From a bacterium (GTDB lineage: Bacteria; Electryoneota; JAOADG01), in assembly GCA_963681965.1 (NCBI GenBank), contig OY820579.1:3232001-3296000 (forward strand): a stretch of 64,000 nucleotides of DNA, given 5' to 3'. Numbering within the stretch: position 1 is the stretch's first letter; each line of letters starts with the position of its first letter. The position numbers were made by a program, and so were the translations under genes. The notes under the pieces were generated by a model. It made no database searches. It saw only the letters and a list, made by a program, of their open reading frames with translations, and was not told the origin of the DNA. Below are positions 30,503-40,895 of this stretch, piece by piece.

Positions 30503-31833
30503 TTACCCGCCTTCTTGAAAATCGGTGCCAACACATCGTTAATGGTCGGATAACCGATTTCCTGTAAATCGTAATTCACGCGAACCGACGGTTGTTTGAT
30601 CGGCATTAACCGTCGGAGATCGATCGGCGTGGCAATGATCACGACATCGCACGGAGTATTCGCGATGGTCTGTTTCAAATCTTCCATCTGCTGTCCGCCG
30701 TAACCCATTGCCGGCAACAACGTACCGATACCGGGATACTTCTCGAACGTCTGGATCAGCGTACCGACTAGATACGGACGCGGATCGACCAATTCGGCTG
30801 CGCCGAATTTCTGTGCGGCAACGATACCGGCACCGTAAGTCATTTCACCGTGCGTCAATGTCGGACCGTCTTCGACAACCAAAACGCGCTTGCCGCGAAT
30901 GATTTCGTGATTTTCCACCGAAATCGGCGAAGCGCCATCGATCACGATCGCATTCGGATTTACTTCGGCGACACTGGCACGAACCATTTCAATGTTTTCG
31001 CCATCAGCCGTATCGATCTTGTTGATCACCACAACATCTGCCGAGCGAGTATTCGTTTCACCGGGATGATACGATACTTCGTGACCCGGACGATGCGGAT
31101 CGGCGACAGTGATTAACAAATCGGGAGCGTAGAACGACATATCGTTGTTGCCACCGTCCCAGATAATCACATCGGCTTCTTTTTCCGCTTCGCGCAAAAT
31201 CGCTTCGTAATCCACACCTGCGTAAATAATGCTGTTCATCGCGATGTGCGGTTCGTATTCTTCCATCTCTTCGATCGTGCATTCGTGGAATTTCAGATCT
31301 TCGATCGATGCAAAGCGCTGGACTTTCTGCTTCACCAAATCGCCGTATGGCATCGGGTGGCGAATCGAGACGACTTTGAGGCCCTTCGCTTTCAATGCTT
31401 TCACCACAGCACGGGTAGTCTGCGATTTACCGGCACCGGTACGGACGGCACAGATCGCGACGACCGGCTTGGTCGATTTGATCATCGTCTGTTTGCCGCC
31501 GAGCAACATGAAATTCGCGCCAGCCGCAAGTACGGTCGATGCTTTGTGCATCAGATACTCGTGATTGACATCGCTGTAAGCAAACACGACTTCGTCGACA
31601 TTCAATTTCTTGATCAGCTCGACCAATTCACTTTCGGGATGAATCGGGATACCGTTGGGATAGAGATCCTTGCCGGCTAATTCTGCCGGATACTTGCGAC
31701 CGTCGATATTCGGGATCTGAGTCGCCGTAAAGGCAACGACTTCAACCGTCGGATCGTTACGATACACTGTATTGAAATTGTGGAAGTCTCTTCCGGCTGC
31801 ACCCATTATCAACACACGCTTCTTGCTTGGCAT
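30499..31833 (-). CDS. arcE: CpgS/COG2403-like P-loop protein, probably arginine synthetase ArcE
   Basis: IMGAAGRDFHNFN, AFTATQIP, RTGAGKSQT P-loop, RHPMPYG, TIEEMEEYE, WDGGNND, EDGPTLTHG; 4-nt overlap with arcC. Confidence 0.72.
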   Translation of the reverse strand: MPSKKRVLIMGAAGRDFHNFNTVYRNDPTVEVVAFTATQIPNIDGRKYPAELAGKDLYPNGIPIHPESELVELIKKLNVDEVVFAYSDVNHEYLMHKASTVLAAGANFMLLGGKQTMIKSTKPVVAICAVRTGAGKSQTTRAVVKALKAKGLKVVSIRHPMPYGDLVKQKVQRFASIEDLKFHECTIEEMEEYEPHIAMNSIIYAGVDYEAILREAEKEADVIIWDGGNNDMSFYAPDLLITVADPHRPGHEVSYHPGETNTRSADVVVINKIDTADGENIEMVRASVAEVNPNAIVIDGASPISVENHEIIRGKRVLVVEDGPTLTHGEMTYGAGIVAAQKFGAAELVDPRPYLVGTLIQTFEKYPGIGTLLPAMGYGGQQMEDLKQTIANTPCDVVIIATPIDLRRLMPIKQPSVRVNYDLQEIGYPTINDVLAPIFKKAGK

Positions 31834-31943
31834 TCATCCTCCTTACTCAACTGCCAATCTTGAGTTCATTCAAAATAGATTTTTGGCTATCGCCAAGTGA
31901 ATTCACTTTTCAGACCTGACGGTCGATCTTGCAAAACTTTTTT

Positions 31944-33647
31944 TTATCGGACAACCACAATCGATTGTCGTAATAGCTGACGCTCGTCGCTGGATACTTC
32001 GATGAAGTAAATCCCGGTATCGACCAGGCTGCCGATTTGATCGCGTCCATTCCAGCTAATCCGGTAGTCGCCACTCGGTCTGATCTCTTCATGCCGGTAA
32101 CGCTTGCGTCCCGAGAGATCGAAGATCTCGAATTTGAGTTTACTCCCCGGTGTCGAACCCGATATAATCAATTCCGGTGGTAATCCGTTCACTCCGCCCG
32201 GTGCAAATCGTTTCTCACTGATCGATGCTGTCGCCGATGCAATCGTCGGTTGCACGATATGGATCGTCACCGTATCTGCGGCATCTTCCCGCGTCGGAGC
32301 TGCACCGGTCGAATCGCAACTCACATACCAATTCCCGGCTGCAGTCGCCGATTGACCCAAATTTCTCCGGACTAACGATCGCCCGGCAATAGGTGTGATC
32401 GCGAGCTCGGATAACCGAGGCAATACTTCGATCACTTGATTCCAAGGAGCAACGATTGAGACTGTCGAATTGCGATCGATCGCCGACCAATCGCTTCCGA
32501 CGATGACCCGATCCGGTTGTGCATGATACCGATTCGGTAAAGCACCCGCCGCAAACACCACTCGATTGCTCGCGCCGATTGGATTGGAATGAAACGGTAT
32601 TTCACATTCGTGCATGCCATTTCGAATTCGCCACCCGGCAAATTCCGCGGCTTCCGGTCCCGACCATTTCAATTCAATCCACTCCGGTTCGCCTGACACG
32701 GGCTCTGGCATCCATTCGGTAACAACCGGATAGACATTTTTCCAGAGATAGGACTCACCACTCAACGTATCGTTAGTAGCAACATCGTCCCCAGTACGAA
32801 TCCTTACCTCATAACCGATCCAGCCCAAAGGGTCCGGTTTGAAATTAGTTAGCGGTAAATCAACGAAGCGGGATGTACCAAATGCGAGTGCGGGTACCTC
32901 AACCGAGTCGGATTCGAAGGGAGCTTGCAAAGGGAATCTACGAAATTTCGCAGAAAGAAGCGAAACTTGTCCAAATTCACCATATCCAATCAATTGAATT
33001 CGGATAATCGGTACTCCCGCTCGCCCCTCGGAGGCAGAGAACGAAGCCGATTGAATCCCCAAATCGATACGCGGGGGTGATACCGAGTTTCGTCGTCCCG
33101 GTGTACCATCACTCGATAAGGACGGCAACCAATTCACAGTTGTTACCGAATCATTCAGGAATTTTCGCTCGAAACTGAATCCCTGAGAGCTATTCACCAG
33201 CGAATTGAATTCGGCAATCGTCCGCAGTGTCGAATCGATCAACAGCAGATGGATCGTTGAGTTGTTAACAAGACCATTACTGCCGAACTGTGCTTCGGGA
33301 ACAATAAATCGCGGTGTCGATGCGGGAATATTCGGTTCGTATCGTCCGGATGAATGATTGTAGGAACTCGGGAACAGCAGAAAGTAGCCACCTGTAACGC
33401 GCCACTCGCCTTGTACCGGAAGGATGCGGTAACCAATCCCATTGATCACCAGTTGATAACCTAACAGCGATGAAGTATCCGCTTCGGCGACAACAAATTC
33501 GATGTATTGATTGCTGAGCAGCGAGCCATTCGGATTGACCATCACTTCGGAAAACTCAATCCGATTGTTCGCGCCAGCAATCGCGAAAGCGATAAGTAGA
33601 TATCCCAGTGCAAATATTGGGATGATGATTCTGCGCGGTTCACTCAT
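31944..33647 (-). CDS. Secreted lamin-tail-domain protein with a FlgD-Ig/T9SS-type C-terminal domain
   Basis: Signal peptide; two LTD-like starts (FSEVMVNP..QYIEF and VTEWMPEP..EWIEL); C-terminal IFDLSGR...WNGRD...GIYFI. Confidence 0.75.
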   Translation of the reverse strand: MSEPRRIIIPIFALGYLLIAFAIAGANNRIEFSEVMVNPNGSLLSNQYIEFVVAEADTSSLLGYQLVINGIGYRILPVQGEWRVTGGYFLLFPSSYNHSSGRYEPNIPASTPRFIVPEAQFGSNGLVNNSTIHLLLIDSTLRTIAEFNSLVNSSQGFSFERKFLNDSVTTVNWLPSLSSDGTPGRRNSVSPPRIDLGIQSASFSASEGRAGVPIIRIQLIGYGEFGQVSLLSAKFRRFPLQAPFESDSVEVPALAFGTSRFVDLPLTNFKPDPLGWIGYEVRIRTGDDVATNDTLSGESYLWKNVYPVVTEWMPEPVSGEPEWIELKWSGPEAAEFAGWRIRNGMHECEIPFHSNPIGASNRVVFAAGALPNRYHAQPDRVIVGSDWSAIDRNSTVSIVAPWNQVIEVLPRLSELAITPIAGRSLVRRNLGQSATAAGNWYVSCDSTGAAPTREDAADTVTIHIVQPTIASATASISEKRFAPGGVNGLPPELIISGSTPGSKLKFEIFDLSGRKRYRHEEIRPSGDYRISWNGRDQIGSLVDTGIYFIEVSSDERQLLRQSIVVVR

Positions 33648-34002
33648 TCGTCGATCCAATCGAAAACAACGAAAAGGTCCACTCCGCCCGGGAATTCACT
33701 CGATACAGGATCAATGCTTCCAGCCGGATCGCACTCGGATTCCAATCCGGATGTTCGATCCGAATCCGATCGACGAGATGATGCAATCTGATAACTTTTC
33801 GTGAATCGATCCGGTTCACTGCCACGGCTGGATCGATCGTAGAAGCTTTGATCTCGACTATCGTTAAATCGGTGCCATCCCAACCCAACCAATCGATCTC
33901 CCCTTCCGGAAACCGCAAATTACGCGCAATAAGCTTCCGACCCTGAGCGCACAGCCATTTGTCGGCAGCATCTTCGGCAGTTTTTCCGTCGGTGATCGTC
34001 AT
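33640..34002 (-). CDS. yraN: YraN (UPF0102) family endonuclease-like protein
   Basis: GKTAEDAA..L, RNLR..GEID, IVEIK; next to rnhB, which is the usual synteny. Confidence 0.82.
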   Translation of the reverse strand: MTITDGKTAEDAADKWLCAQGRKLIARNLRFPEGEIDWLGWDGTDLTIVEIKASTIDPAVAVNRIDSRKVIRLHHLVDRIRIEHPDWNPSAIRLEALILYRVNSRAEWTFSLFSIGSTNE

Positions 34003-34643
34003 TCGACTAGTGGTAATTCGTATTGCACACCGGCGAATGTCACCCGGTGTATGTGGCAGGGAGGAACCGTTTTAAGAATTTCCAAGTGTTCCGGAGTCGG
34101 ATACCCTTTGTTATGCGAAAACCCGAATTCCGGATACATCGAATCATAGGTTTGCATCATTCGATCACGCAATACCTTTGCCAATACCGACGCTGCCGCA
34201 ATCGAATAACTGAGATCGTCGCCGCCGACGATCGCCTGATGCGTCCGTTTGATCTTTGCCGGTCGTCCATCGACCAGCACTTCGTCGGGGATCGTCTTCA
34301 ACAATGCTAACGCCCGTCGCATCGCCAAAAAAGTAGCATTCAAGATTCCGATCCGGTCGATAATCGTCGGTCCGACAGTCGCTACGCCGAAATCGGTTGC
34401 CAACGCAGTGATCTCGGTGAAACATCGTTCGCGCGCGTTCTCCGACATTTTTTTCGAATCGCGCAACCCATCGATCGTCACCGGTTCGGTAAACATGACT
34501 GCTGCCGCAACCACTGGACCCGCCAATGGTCCACGACCAGCTTCATCGACTCCAGCCACACTTTTATATGCCAGCCAGAGTTTTTTTTCGTTATCCCAGC
34601 TCGGACCGAAATGGTCGTCGCTTATTCTAATTTTTTTTCGCAT
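33999..34643 (-). CDS. rnhB: Ribonuclease HII
   Basis: GVDEAGRGPLAGPV, DSKK, SIAAASVLAKV, NKGYPT. Confidence 0.96.
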   Translation of the reverse strand: MRKKIRISDDHFGPSWDNEKKLWLAYKSVAGVDEAGRGPLAGPVVAAAVMFTEPVTIDGLRDSKKMSENARERCFTEITALATDFGVATVGPTIIDRIGILNATFLAMRRALALLKTIPDEVLVDGRPAKIKRTHQAIVGGDDLSYSIAAASVLAKVLRDRMMQTYDSMYPEFGFSHNKGYPTPEHLEILKTVPPCHIHRVTFAGVQYELPLVE

Positions 34644-34651
34644 AGCGTAAG

Positions 34652-36679
34652 TTAATGTGTTTCATCTGCCTGATTCCAGCGATCAACCAACCATTTTGCA
34701 TTCGCTGTAAAATCCGTCGGTTGCAACAGATCTCGCTTCCCGACCGGAACGATCCAAGTCCAACCTAGTCGTTCTAATGTCTCTTGTGATAAATGATCGA
34801 GATAGGGATGGTGAACACCACTACGATCGGTCAAGTATCCCCATCCCCGCGATTGCATTTCGTTGCACTCGCGCGCTACCGTGTGCCACAAAATCGTTGT
34901 AGTCAATGCCTGCGGATCGCTGGATACGGCATCTCCAGCTTTCACGATCGAAACTCCCGGTACCATGGCAGCATTTTGTTCCGGATTCGAACTCAACAGC
35001 AAGATGATCAGCGGTCGATTTCCAAATACTCGATTCCAACTACGCTGGAACCGGATCGCGGCATCGTCGTCAGTCGCAACATACACTGCTTCCGAACCAT
35101 CGCAATACACGGTTGACAGCAACTGTTGTTGATTATCGCTAACAAATCGATTGGATACTAGCAGACCAATCACTGCCACTATCATCATGCTCCAGCCCGC
35201 ATACCGCATCCATCTTCGATTTTTCGTCCAAGCAATCATCCACAGAAACAATCCGACCGAAATCAATCCGATCCAATAAAATCGATCGCTCCCCACTCCC
35301 CACGCCGATCCCGGAAATTGTGCCAGCCAAATCAAAAAATCACCGCACCGTTCGGTACCCAATCCTACAATAGTTGCAAACAATGGTATCCACGAAACGC
35401 AACAGAGCAGAATTGTTCCAAATAGAATCACTGCACTTAGCGGTACTGCCGGTAAATTTAACAACAATCCCGTATACGAGAGGTAACCGAAATGATACAC
35501 CAGTATCGGAGCCGATGCGGTAATCGCTGCGAGTGATGTGAGGGATCCGATCAGTACCCAGTGCCAGACTTTCCGAAAAGGATTATTCTTTTCCGGATCA
35601 ATCTCGATCAATTTCTGTTGCATCGGTAACACCAGCAGTAACCCTGCTACCGCAGCAAAGCTTAACTGAAATCCCGGCGAAGCCACATCCGAAGGTGTCA
35701 TGATCGACAACATAAACAGCGCTCCACCCCACGCCTGCCAACCACTTAGTTTCACTCCGGCAAACCGCGAGCCAATGAACCACAGCGCCATCACGAATGC
35801 GCGATCGACCGACGCCATCGCCGGTAGCAACATCCGATAGCACAATACCCCTAGAAGAATAAAAGCGAGACGATACTTTATCGGTAATCTTAGGATCGAT
35901 CCCAACCCCTCGAACATCCCCCAGATCATCATCAACTGCAATCCCGATAGTGCCAATAGATGCACCAATCCAGTTCGACGAAAGTCGATGAGAATTTCGT
36001 CATCGAGTTGCTGGTAATTGCCCAAGAGCAACGATTCTGCCAATATCCCCGAATCACCGGTTAGGTATTTCGCAATTTGAGTCTTCACCCAAAAATTGAT
36101 GTCGTTGCGCGCTTCAAAGAATCGTCGCTTCCATTCCGGAACCGTTTTTTCTGTGCGAAGTATCTGCTTGATCGTCAATTTCGCTTGCGTACCGGTTACC
36201 GCCGCTTGAATATTTTGTGCCTGCTCGCCTCCATATAACGGTGTTTGAAACGGCTTGATCGTACCAATCACCCGCATCCGATCGCCCGGAACCAATCCCA
36301 CCGGTTCGCGCAGCGAATATGCCCGCAAACAATAAGGTGTTTCCGGTAGTAAAAGCTTCACCCGGAAAGAATAGCCATGCTCCAGATATCGCGGTTCATC
36401 CAACAATTCGCAATCGGCAAATACTTCAGTGACAATCGTCGGTGTTACCGGTCGAACAGTGCGTTGCGACACCCATGTACACCACGTTGCAGTTACAGTA
36501 AGACAGAGAATGAATAATCTGAGTCGGTCGGAATTGAATTTGAAACTGTAGAATGAGAGGTATAAGACGATACAGAGAATAGAAATGAGAAAACTGATCG
36601 AAGGCGGCAGAAAGCGATACACACCGCATAGCGCACCGATTGCTGCTGCTAATCCCAGTGGCAGGAATGTCGCGGTCAT
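34652..36679 (-). CDS. comEC: ComEC/Rec2-family competence membrane protein
   Basis: FRRTGLVHLLALSG, ASVDRA, GFQLSF and many TM helices; no recognisable metallo-beta-lactamase motif at the C terminus. Confidence 0.85.
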   Translation of the reverse strand: MTATFLPLGLAAAIGALCGVYRFLPPSISFLISILCIVLYLSFYSFKFNSDRLRLFILCLTVTATWCTWVSQRTVRPVTPTIVTEVFADCELLDEPRYLEHGYSFRVKLLLPETPYCLRAYSLREPVGLVPGDRMRVIGTIKPFQTPLYGGEQAQNIQAAVTGTQAKLTIKQILRTEKTVPEWKRRFFEARNDINFWVKTQIAKYLTGDSGILAESLLLGNYQQLDDEILIDFRRTGLVHLLALSGLQLMMIWGMFEGLGSILRLPIKYRLAFILLGVLCYRMLLPAMASVDRAFVMALWFIGSRFAGVKLSGWQAWGGALFMLSIMTPSDVASPGFQLSFAAVAGLLLVLPMQQKLIEIDPEKNNPFRKVWHWVLIGSLTSLAAITASAPILVYHFGYLSYTGLLLNLPAVPLSAVILFGTILLCCVSWIPLFATIVGLGTERCGDFLIWLAQFPGSAWGVGSDRFYWIGLISVGLFLWMIAWTKNRRWMRYAGWSMMIVAVIGLLVSNRFVSDNQQQLLSTVYCDGSEAVYVATDDDAAIRFQRSWNRVFGNRPLIILLLSSNPEQNAAMVPGVSIVKAGDAVSSDPQALTTTILWHTVARECNEMQSRGWGYLTDRSGVHHPYLDHLSQETLERLGWTWIVPVGKRDLLQPTDFTANAKWLVDRWNQADETH

Positions 36680-36680
36680 C

Positions 36681-37964
36681 TCATTTTAACCGGACATGCA
36701 AAAGTGTACCCTCGATTTTTTCGATCTCAACCAGCGATTTTACCGGAATCGCAACCGTCGCAGTCGCTTGCCACAATTCACCGCGAACAAATACTTTACC
36801 GGTTGGATTTAATTCGGCTACGACTTCCGCGCATTCACCGATCATCGCTTCTTGCCCCGTAACAACCCGTCGTTTCAGCGCTTTAATCCCAGCCGACACG
36901 GCAAATGCGAAGAATAAAACCGTCGCCAGCGTTACACCCGTAATCACCGACCAATTCAAACCCGGAACATCGTCCGGTAAGTCAAATAACATAAGGGATC
37001 CTGTCACTAATGCGATAATACCACCAACGGTAAATGCCCCTTTACTGACAATCTTGATTTCAAGCAGGAACAGCACGAAACCGATGACGATTAGTGCAAA
37101 TCCCGCAAAATTGATTGGCAGTACTTGGAATGCAGTAAATGCGAGCAACATACACAATCCTCCCATCACACCCGGCCAAATCGCACCCGGATTCTGGAAT
37201 TCAAATAACAATCCAAAAAATCCGAGTGTCATCAAAATGTAAGAGACATTCGGTTCGGCGATTAGTTGCAGTGTTTTGTCGCCAATGCCCGGTTCGCGCA
37301 ATCGCACTTCGACGCTGTGCGTGTGCAGCGTTCGGATCGAACCGTTCGCCAATCTGACCACTCGTCCTTCGCATTTTTCCAGCAAATCGTCGCGATTCTG
37401 AGCCACGAAATCGATCACCTTTAGCGATTCCGCTTCAGTCTCGGTAATCGATACCGATTTTCGAACTGCCTTTTCCGCCCATTCGATATTTCGTCCCCGT
37501 TGACTGGCAATAGTCCGAATTTGCGCTGCGGCGTCATTTAGCACTTTCTCTTCCATCACACCGGAAAGCGAATCGCGACTGCCACTACCCCCCAAATTGA
37601 CTGGATGTGCCGCTCCGATATTCGTTCCCGGAGCCATCGCGGCAATATTGCCAGCCAAAGTCAAAAAGACGCCAGCCGATCCGGCATGTGCGCCTCGCGG
37701 AGATACATAGACAATGATCGGGAGGGGAGAATTCAGAATGGTTTGAACCATTGATCGCGTGGTCGATAACAACCCACCGGGTGTGTCCAACTCAACAATA
37801 ATCGCTTCGGACTGACTCTTTACTCCATCCGCAATCGCCCGTTCCAATTGAAGTTGAGCGACTGGACCGATTGGTCCGGAATAGGGCAATACGATCACAT
37901 TCGGACGCGCAAATGCGGTCAAGCAGAGGAATAACAGGATGATTCCAGCGGAATATTTCATCAT
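36681..37964 (-). CDS. NfeD-family membrane-bound serine protease (long form)
   Basis: LDTPGG, AGSAG, MAPGTNIGAAHP, EKVLND, TM bundle, C-terminal OB fold (GKVFVRGELW). Confidence 0.92.
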   Translation of the reverse strand: MMKYSAGIILLFLCLTAFARPNVIVLPYSGPIGPVAQLQLERAIADGVKSQSEAIIVELDTPGGLLSTTRSMVQTILNSPLPIIVYVSPRGAHAGSAGVFLTLAGNIAAMAPGTNIGAAHPVNLGGSGSRDSLSGVMEEKVLNDAAAQIRTIASQRGRNIEWAEKAVRKSVSITETEAESLKVIDFVAQNRDDLLEKCEGRVVRLANGSIRTLHTHSVEVRLREPGIGDKTLQLIAEPNVSYILMTLGFFGLLFEFQNPGAIWPGVMGGLCMLLAFTAFQVLPINFAGFALIVIGFVLFLLEIKIVSKGAFTVGGIIALVTGSLMLFDLPDDVPGLNWSVITGVTLATVLFFAFAVSAGIKALKRRVVTGQEAMIGECAEVVAELNPTGKVFVRGELWQATATVAIPVKSLVEIEKIEGTLLHVRLK

Positions 37965-37981
37965 AGCACAAAAATAATTGA

Positions 37982-39346
37982 CTATGATAAAGTTAGTAAC
38001 ATCTCACTAAGAAGGCAATCTTCAGCAGGCAAAATGGAACGAAGATGAATACGAATGATCCCATCCGATAAAACCGAAAAGATCGGAATGTGAAGATTTC
38101 GGAATGATTTCGCGATCGTCTGAATCTTCACTGATTTAGACGTCAAACAGATCGCCACATCCGGTATCGGTGTCTGCGGAACCGAACCCGATCCGATCGC
38201 ACCGGAATCATTTTGAATTGACCATTCGAACCGGTCGGATGGTGTTCTGGTAATTTCGGAAAGAATCAACTCGGCACGGGCGCGAAGGGCTATCTGTGAC
38301 TGCGATAGCATTTGAATGAACGGGATCTCGCGTTCCCGTCCAGTTAACCAGAGTCCTAGCGTACGATCCAATGCCGCTAACGTAATTTTGTCGGGGCGTA
38401 CTGCGCGGGTCAAGGCATTTATCTTACACTTTTGAACCAATGACTGCTTGCCGAGGATAATGCCGCACTGCGGACCACCTAGACACTTATCACCCGATAC
38501 CGACAATAGGTCGACACCGGCACGAATGCTCTCTTCGATCGTCGGTTCGTGCGGTAATCCATAATCGGCTAAATCGATCAACAAACCATTGCCGAGATCT
38601 TCGATTACCGGAATCGCCGATTCGCGTCCAAGCAGAACCAACTCATCCAGTGTCGCACTTTCGGTAAATCCAATGATCCGATAATTCGAAGGGTGTACTT
38701 TCAGCAATGCCGCAGTTTTAGGGGTGATCGCCGCGCGATAATCCTCGATCCGTGTCCGATTAGTCGTTCCGACTTCAACCCGTTTCACACCGGAACGCTT
38801 CATCACATCCGGCATCCGAAAACCACCGCCGATTTCGACTTGTTCGCCGCGACTGACAATCGCTTCTTTTTTTTCTGCTAGACTTGAAAGCATCAATAAC
38901 ACTGCCGCCGCGCAATTATTCACCACCAGTGCCGCTTCAGCACCCGTTAGCAGACACAGCTTTCGCTCCACTTCCTGCCACCGATTCCCCCGCTCCCCAC
39001 TCTCCCGATCAATCTCCAGCACGCAACTGCGAGCCGCTTCCTGCATCGCGTCTATCGCAGCATCGGCCAGCGGCGATCGACCCAATCCGGTATGCAATAA
39101 AATCCCCGTACCATTCAACGCACGGGGATAACCTGATTGACTTATTTTTTCTACTTCTGAAACGATCCGCTCGACGCCGCCTTCTAAATTGTCTCCTACT
39201 GGAAAATTGCCCTCGCGCTGGCGCTGCGCTTCCTCGCGCGCCAGCCGCTTCAATGCATCCTTTCGCAGAGCTAACACTGCGAGTCGAGGATGTTCCAGCA
39301 ATTTTCCGATCGCAATCGGATGAGACTCAGAATGTGGCTTCGACAC
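37982..39346 (-). CDS. selA: L-seryl-tRNA(Sec) selenium transferase
   Basis: NGTGILLHTGLGRSP, VVNNCAAA, SRGEQVEIGGGFR, EVGTTNRT, VHPSNY, EDLGNG, SGDKCLGGPQ. The start is uncertain (GTG 39346 versus ORF-track 39421). Confidence 0.92.
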   Translation of the reverse strand: MSKPHSESHPIAIGKLLEHPRLAVLALRKDALKRLAREEAQRQREGNFPVGDNLEGGVERIVSEVEKISQSGYPRALNGTGILLHTGLGRSPLADAAIDAMQEAARSCVLEIDRESGERGNRWQEVERKLCLLTGAEAALVVNNCAAAVLLMLSSLAEKKEAIVSRGEQVEIGGGFRMPDVMKRSGVKRVEVGTTNRTRIEDYRAAITPKTAALLKVHPSNYRIIGFTESATLDELVLLGRESAIPVIEDLGNGLLIDLADYGLPHEPTIEESIRAGVDLLSVSGDKCLGGPQCGIILGKQSLVQKCKINALTRAVRPDKITLAALDRTLGLWLTGREREIPFIQMLSQSQIALRARAELILSEITRTPSDRFEWSIQNDSGAIGSGSVPQTPIPDVAICLTSKSVKIQTIAKSFRNLHIPIFSVLSDGIIRIHLRSILPAEDCLLSEMLLTLS

Positions 39347-40895
39347 CGATACGGAACCCTTCGAATGGATTGACCTGACGGCAGCGTCCACTGCTGCATT
39401 TGATACCGCCGCGCTCTTCACCGAAGAAGGCTTGAACTTGTAGATTCTGCTGGATTGGCAGCGTCATTTCCGTCGAAAACCAATCCGGTCCGCCGGCTTC
39501 GCCAATACCTGAGGTATGATCGTAGGAAAATGCGACTGAACCAATGCCCGGATACGAAATCGTTGCCGAAGCATATTTGTCTGTGATGTCGGTCTCTTCA
39601 ATTTTGTCGCGCGTCACCATCTGCTCGACGGTAGCATCGAGTGTGAATGAATAAATCAGCGATGTCTGCCAACCGACCAGTACCCCGTTGCGAAGATCCC
39701 AGCTTTGCGGGATTCCGGCAAAATCGTTCCATGCCGATTCTTCATGTCGGCTATACTGCAATCGAAGCGCTCCCGACCGATTGTACTTCCAAGTCGTTTC
39801 AATCAACGATTCGGTCGACGGTGAGTAGATTTGCTTCATCGAGGGGAAGGGAGTGTCGTTGTGCAGCGACGATTCGGCATTGTAAACCACGATTCCCAGT
39901 TTCTTGAATGGGCGGAAATTGATTTCAGTCTGCCAGCCGACTTCATCGGTATAACGCAGAATATGCGGATGCGAAGACATCAACTTGGTGATCAGATCGC
40001 GTTGTACCACTGGTGGCGATTGGAAGGGTAGAATGTTGCTATACGATTCGGCAAAGCGGTAGTCTTTGAAATCGAAGTTGATCGAGAACCCTTTTCGGGC
40101 GAGCGAAATCGATCCAAAAATACCGCGATCCTTATAAATCGATGCCGTATCGTATTTCTGCCACGATCCTTCTGCCCAAACCGCGACTGTTCCAATTTTA
40201 TTGATCTTGGTCTGATATCCCGCATAGCCGCCTTGTAACGATTGCGCTTGATAGCTCTTCTCGGGAACCTTCAGATAATTGATACCCAGTCTTGCGTTAT
40301 ACTTCGATACATCGACATTTGCACCGTAAATCTGATTCGTGCGTGTGAACGACGCTGGATCGGCATGAGTCGTTCCCGCTATCGCTTCGGCTTTCACAAT
40401 CCCTTGCGAATAACGAACCATACCGCCGTTGATTCCGGCATCCAAGCCCTGATCGATATCCTCTTGCAACGATAGCGTCAGACCGCGTCCCCAAATCGTG
40501 TAGACCGATCCGGCACGAGCCATAAATGTACCATTGTCGAATTGTAGCCAATACTTATTGAATGTATCGAAACCGACCTTTCGTTCTTTCCAATACGAGG
40601 GGATAAAATAGGAGTTGCGAAAACCGAGCTGCCATTCGGTGCGGTAAGAGATTCGCGCTTCGAAAAAATTCTCGAAATACGATAACCGGCTATTTTGATC
40701 GCTCGAAAGACTCCGTTCGTTTCCGACGGCACGCAACATACGGTTGGAGCCGGTAGCGGATAAATCGTCGAAGAAAGTACCGGCTTGAGCAAGTGAGAAT
40801 ACGTGACAACAAACGATCAGAAGTGCTAATTTACTTAGTCGTATCGGATTTGGCAGGTAACAGTTTTTCAATTTCCTTCTCCAGAGTGGCTTCAT
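39327..40895 (-). CDS. DUF6029-like outer-membrane beta-barrel protein
   Basis: Signal peptide, GSVYTIWGRGLTL...GLDAGING, C-terminal GEERGGIKCSSGRCRQV and terminal Phe; downstream of TlpA, as recalled for Bacteroidota DUF6029 loci. The start is uncertain. Confidence 0.72.
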   Translation of the reverse strand: MKPLWRRKLKNCYLPNPIRLSKLALLIVCCHVFSLAQAGTFFDDLSATGSNRMLRAVGNERSLSSDQNSRLSYFENFFEARISYRTEWQLGFRNSYFIPSYWKERKVGFDTFNKYWLQFDNGTFMARAGSVYTIWGRGLTLSLQEDIDQGLDAGINGGMVRYSQGIVKAEAIAGTTHADPASFTRTNQIYGANVDVSKYNARLGINYLKVPEKSYQAQSLQGGYAGYQTKINKIGTVAVWAEGSWQKYDTASIYKDRGIFGSISLARKGFSINFDFKDYRFAESYSNILPFQSPPVVQRDLITKLMSSHPHILRYTDEVGWQTEINFRPFKKLGIVVYNAESSLHNDTPFPSMKQIYSPSTESLIETTWKYNRSGALRLQYSRHEESAWNDFAGIPQSWDLRNGVLVGWQTSLIYSFTLDATVEQMVTRDKIEETDITDKYASATISYPGIGSVAFSYDHTSGIGEAGGPDWFSTEMTLPIQQNLQVQAFFGEERGGIKCSSGRCRQVNPFEGFRIGVEATF

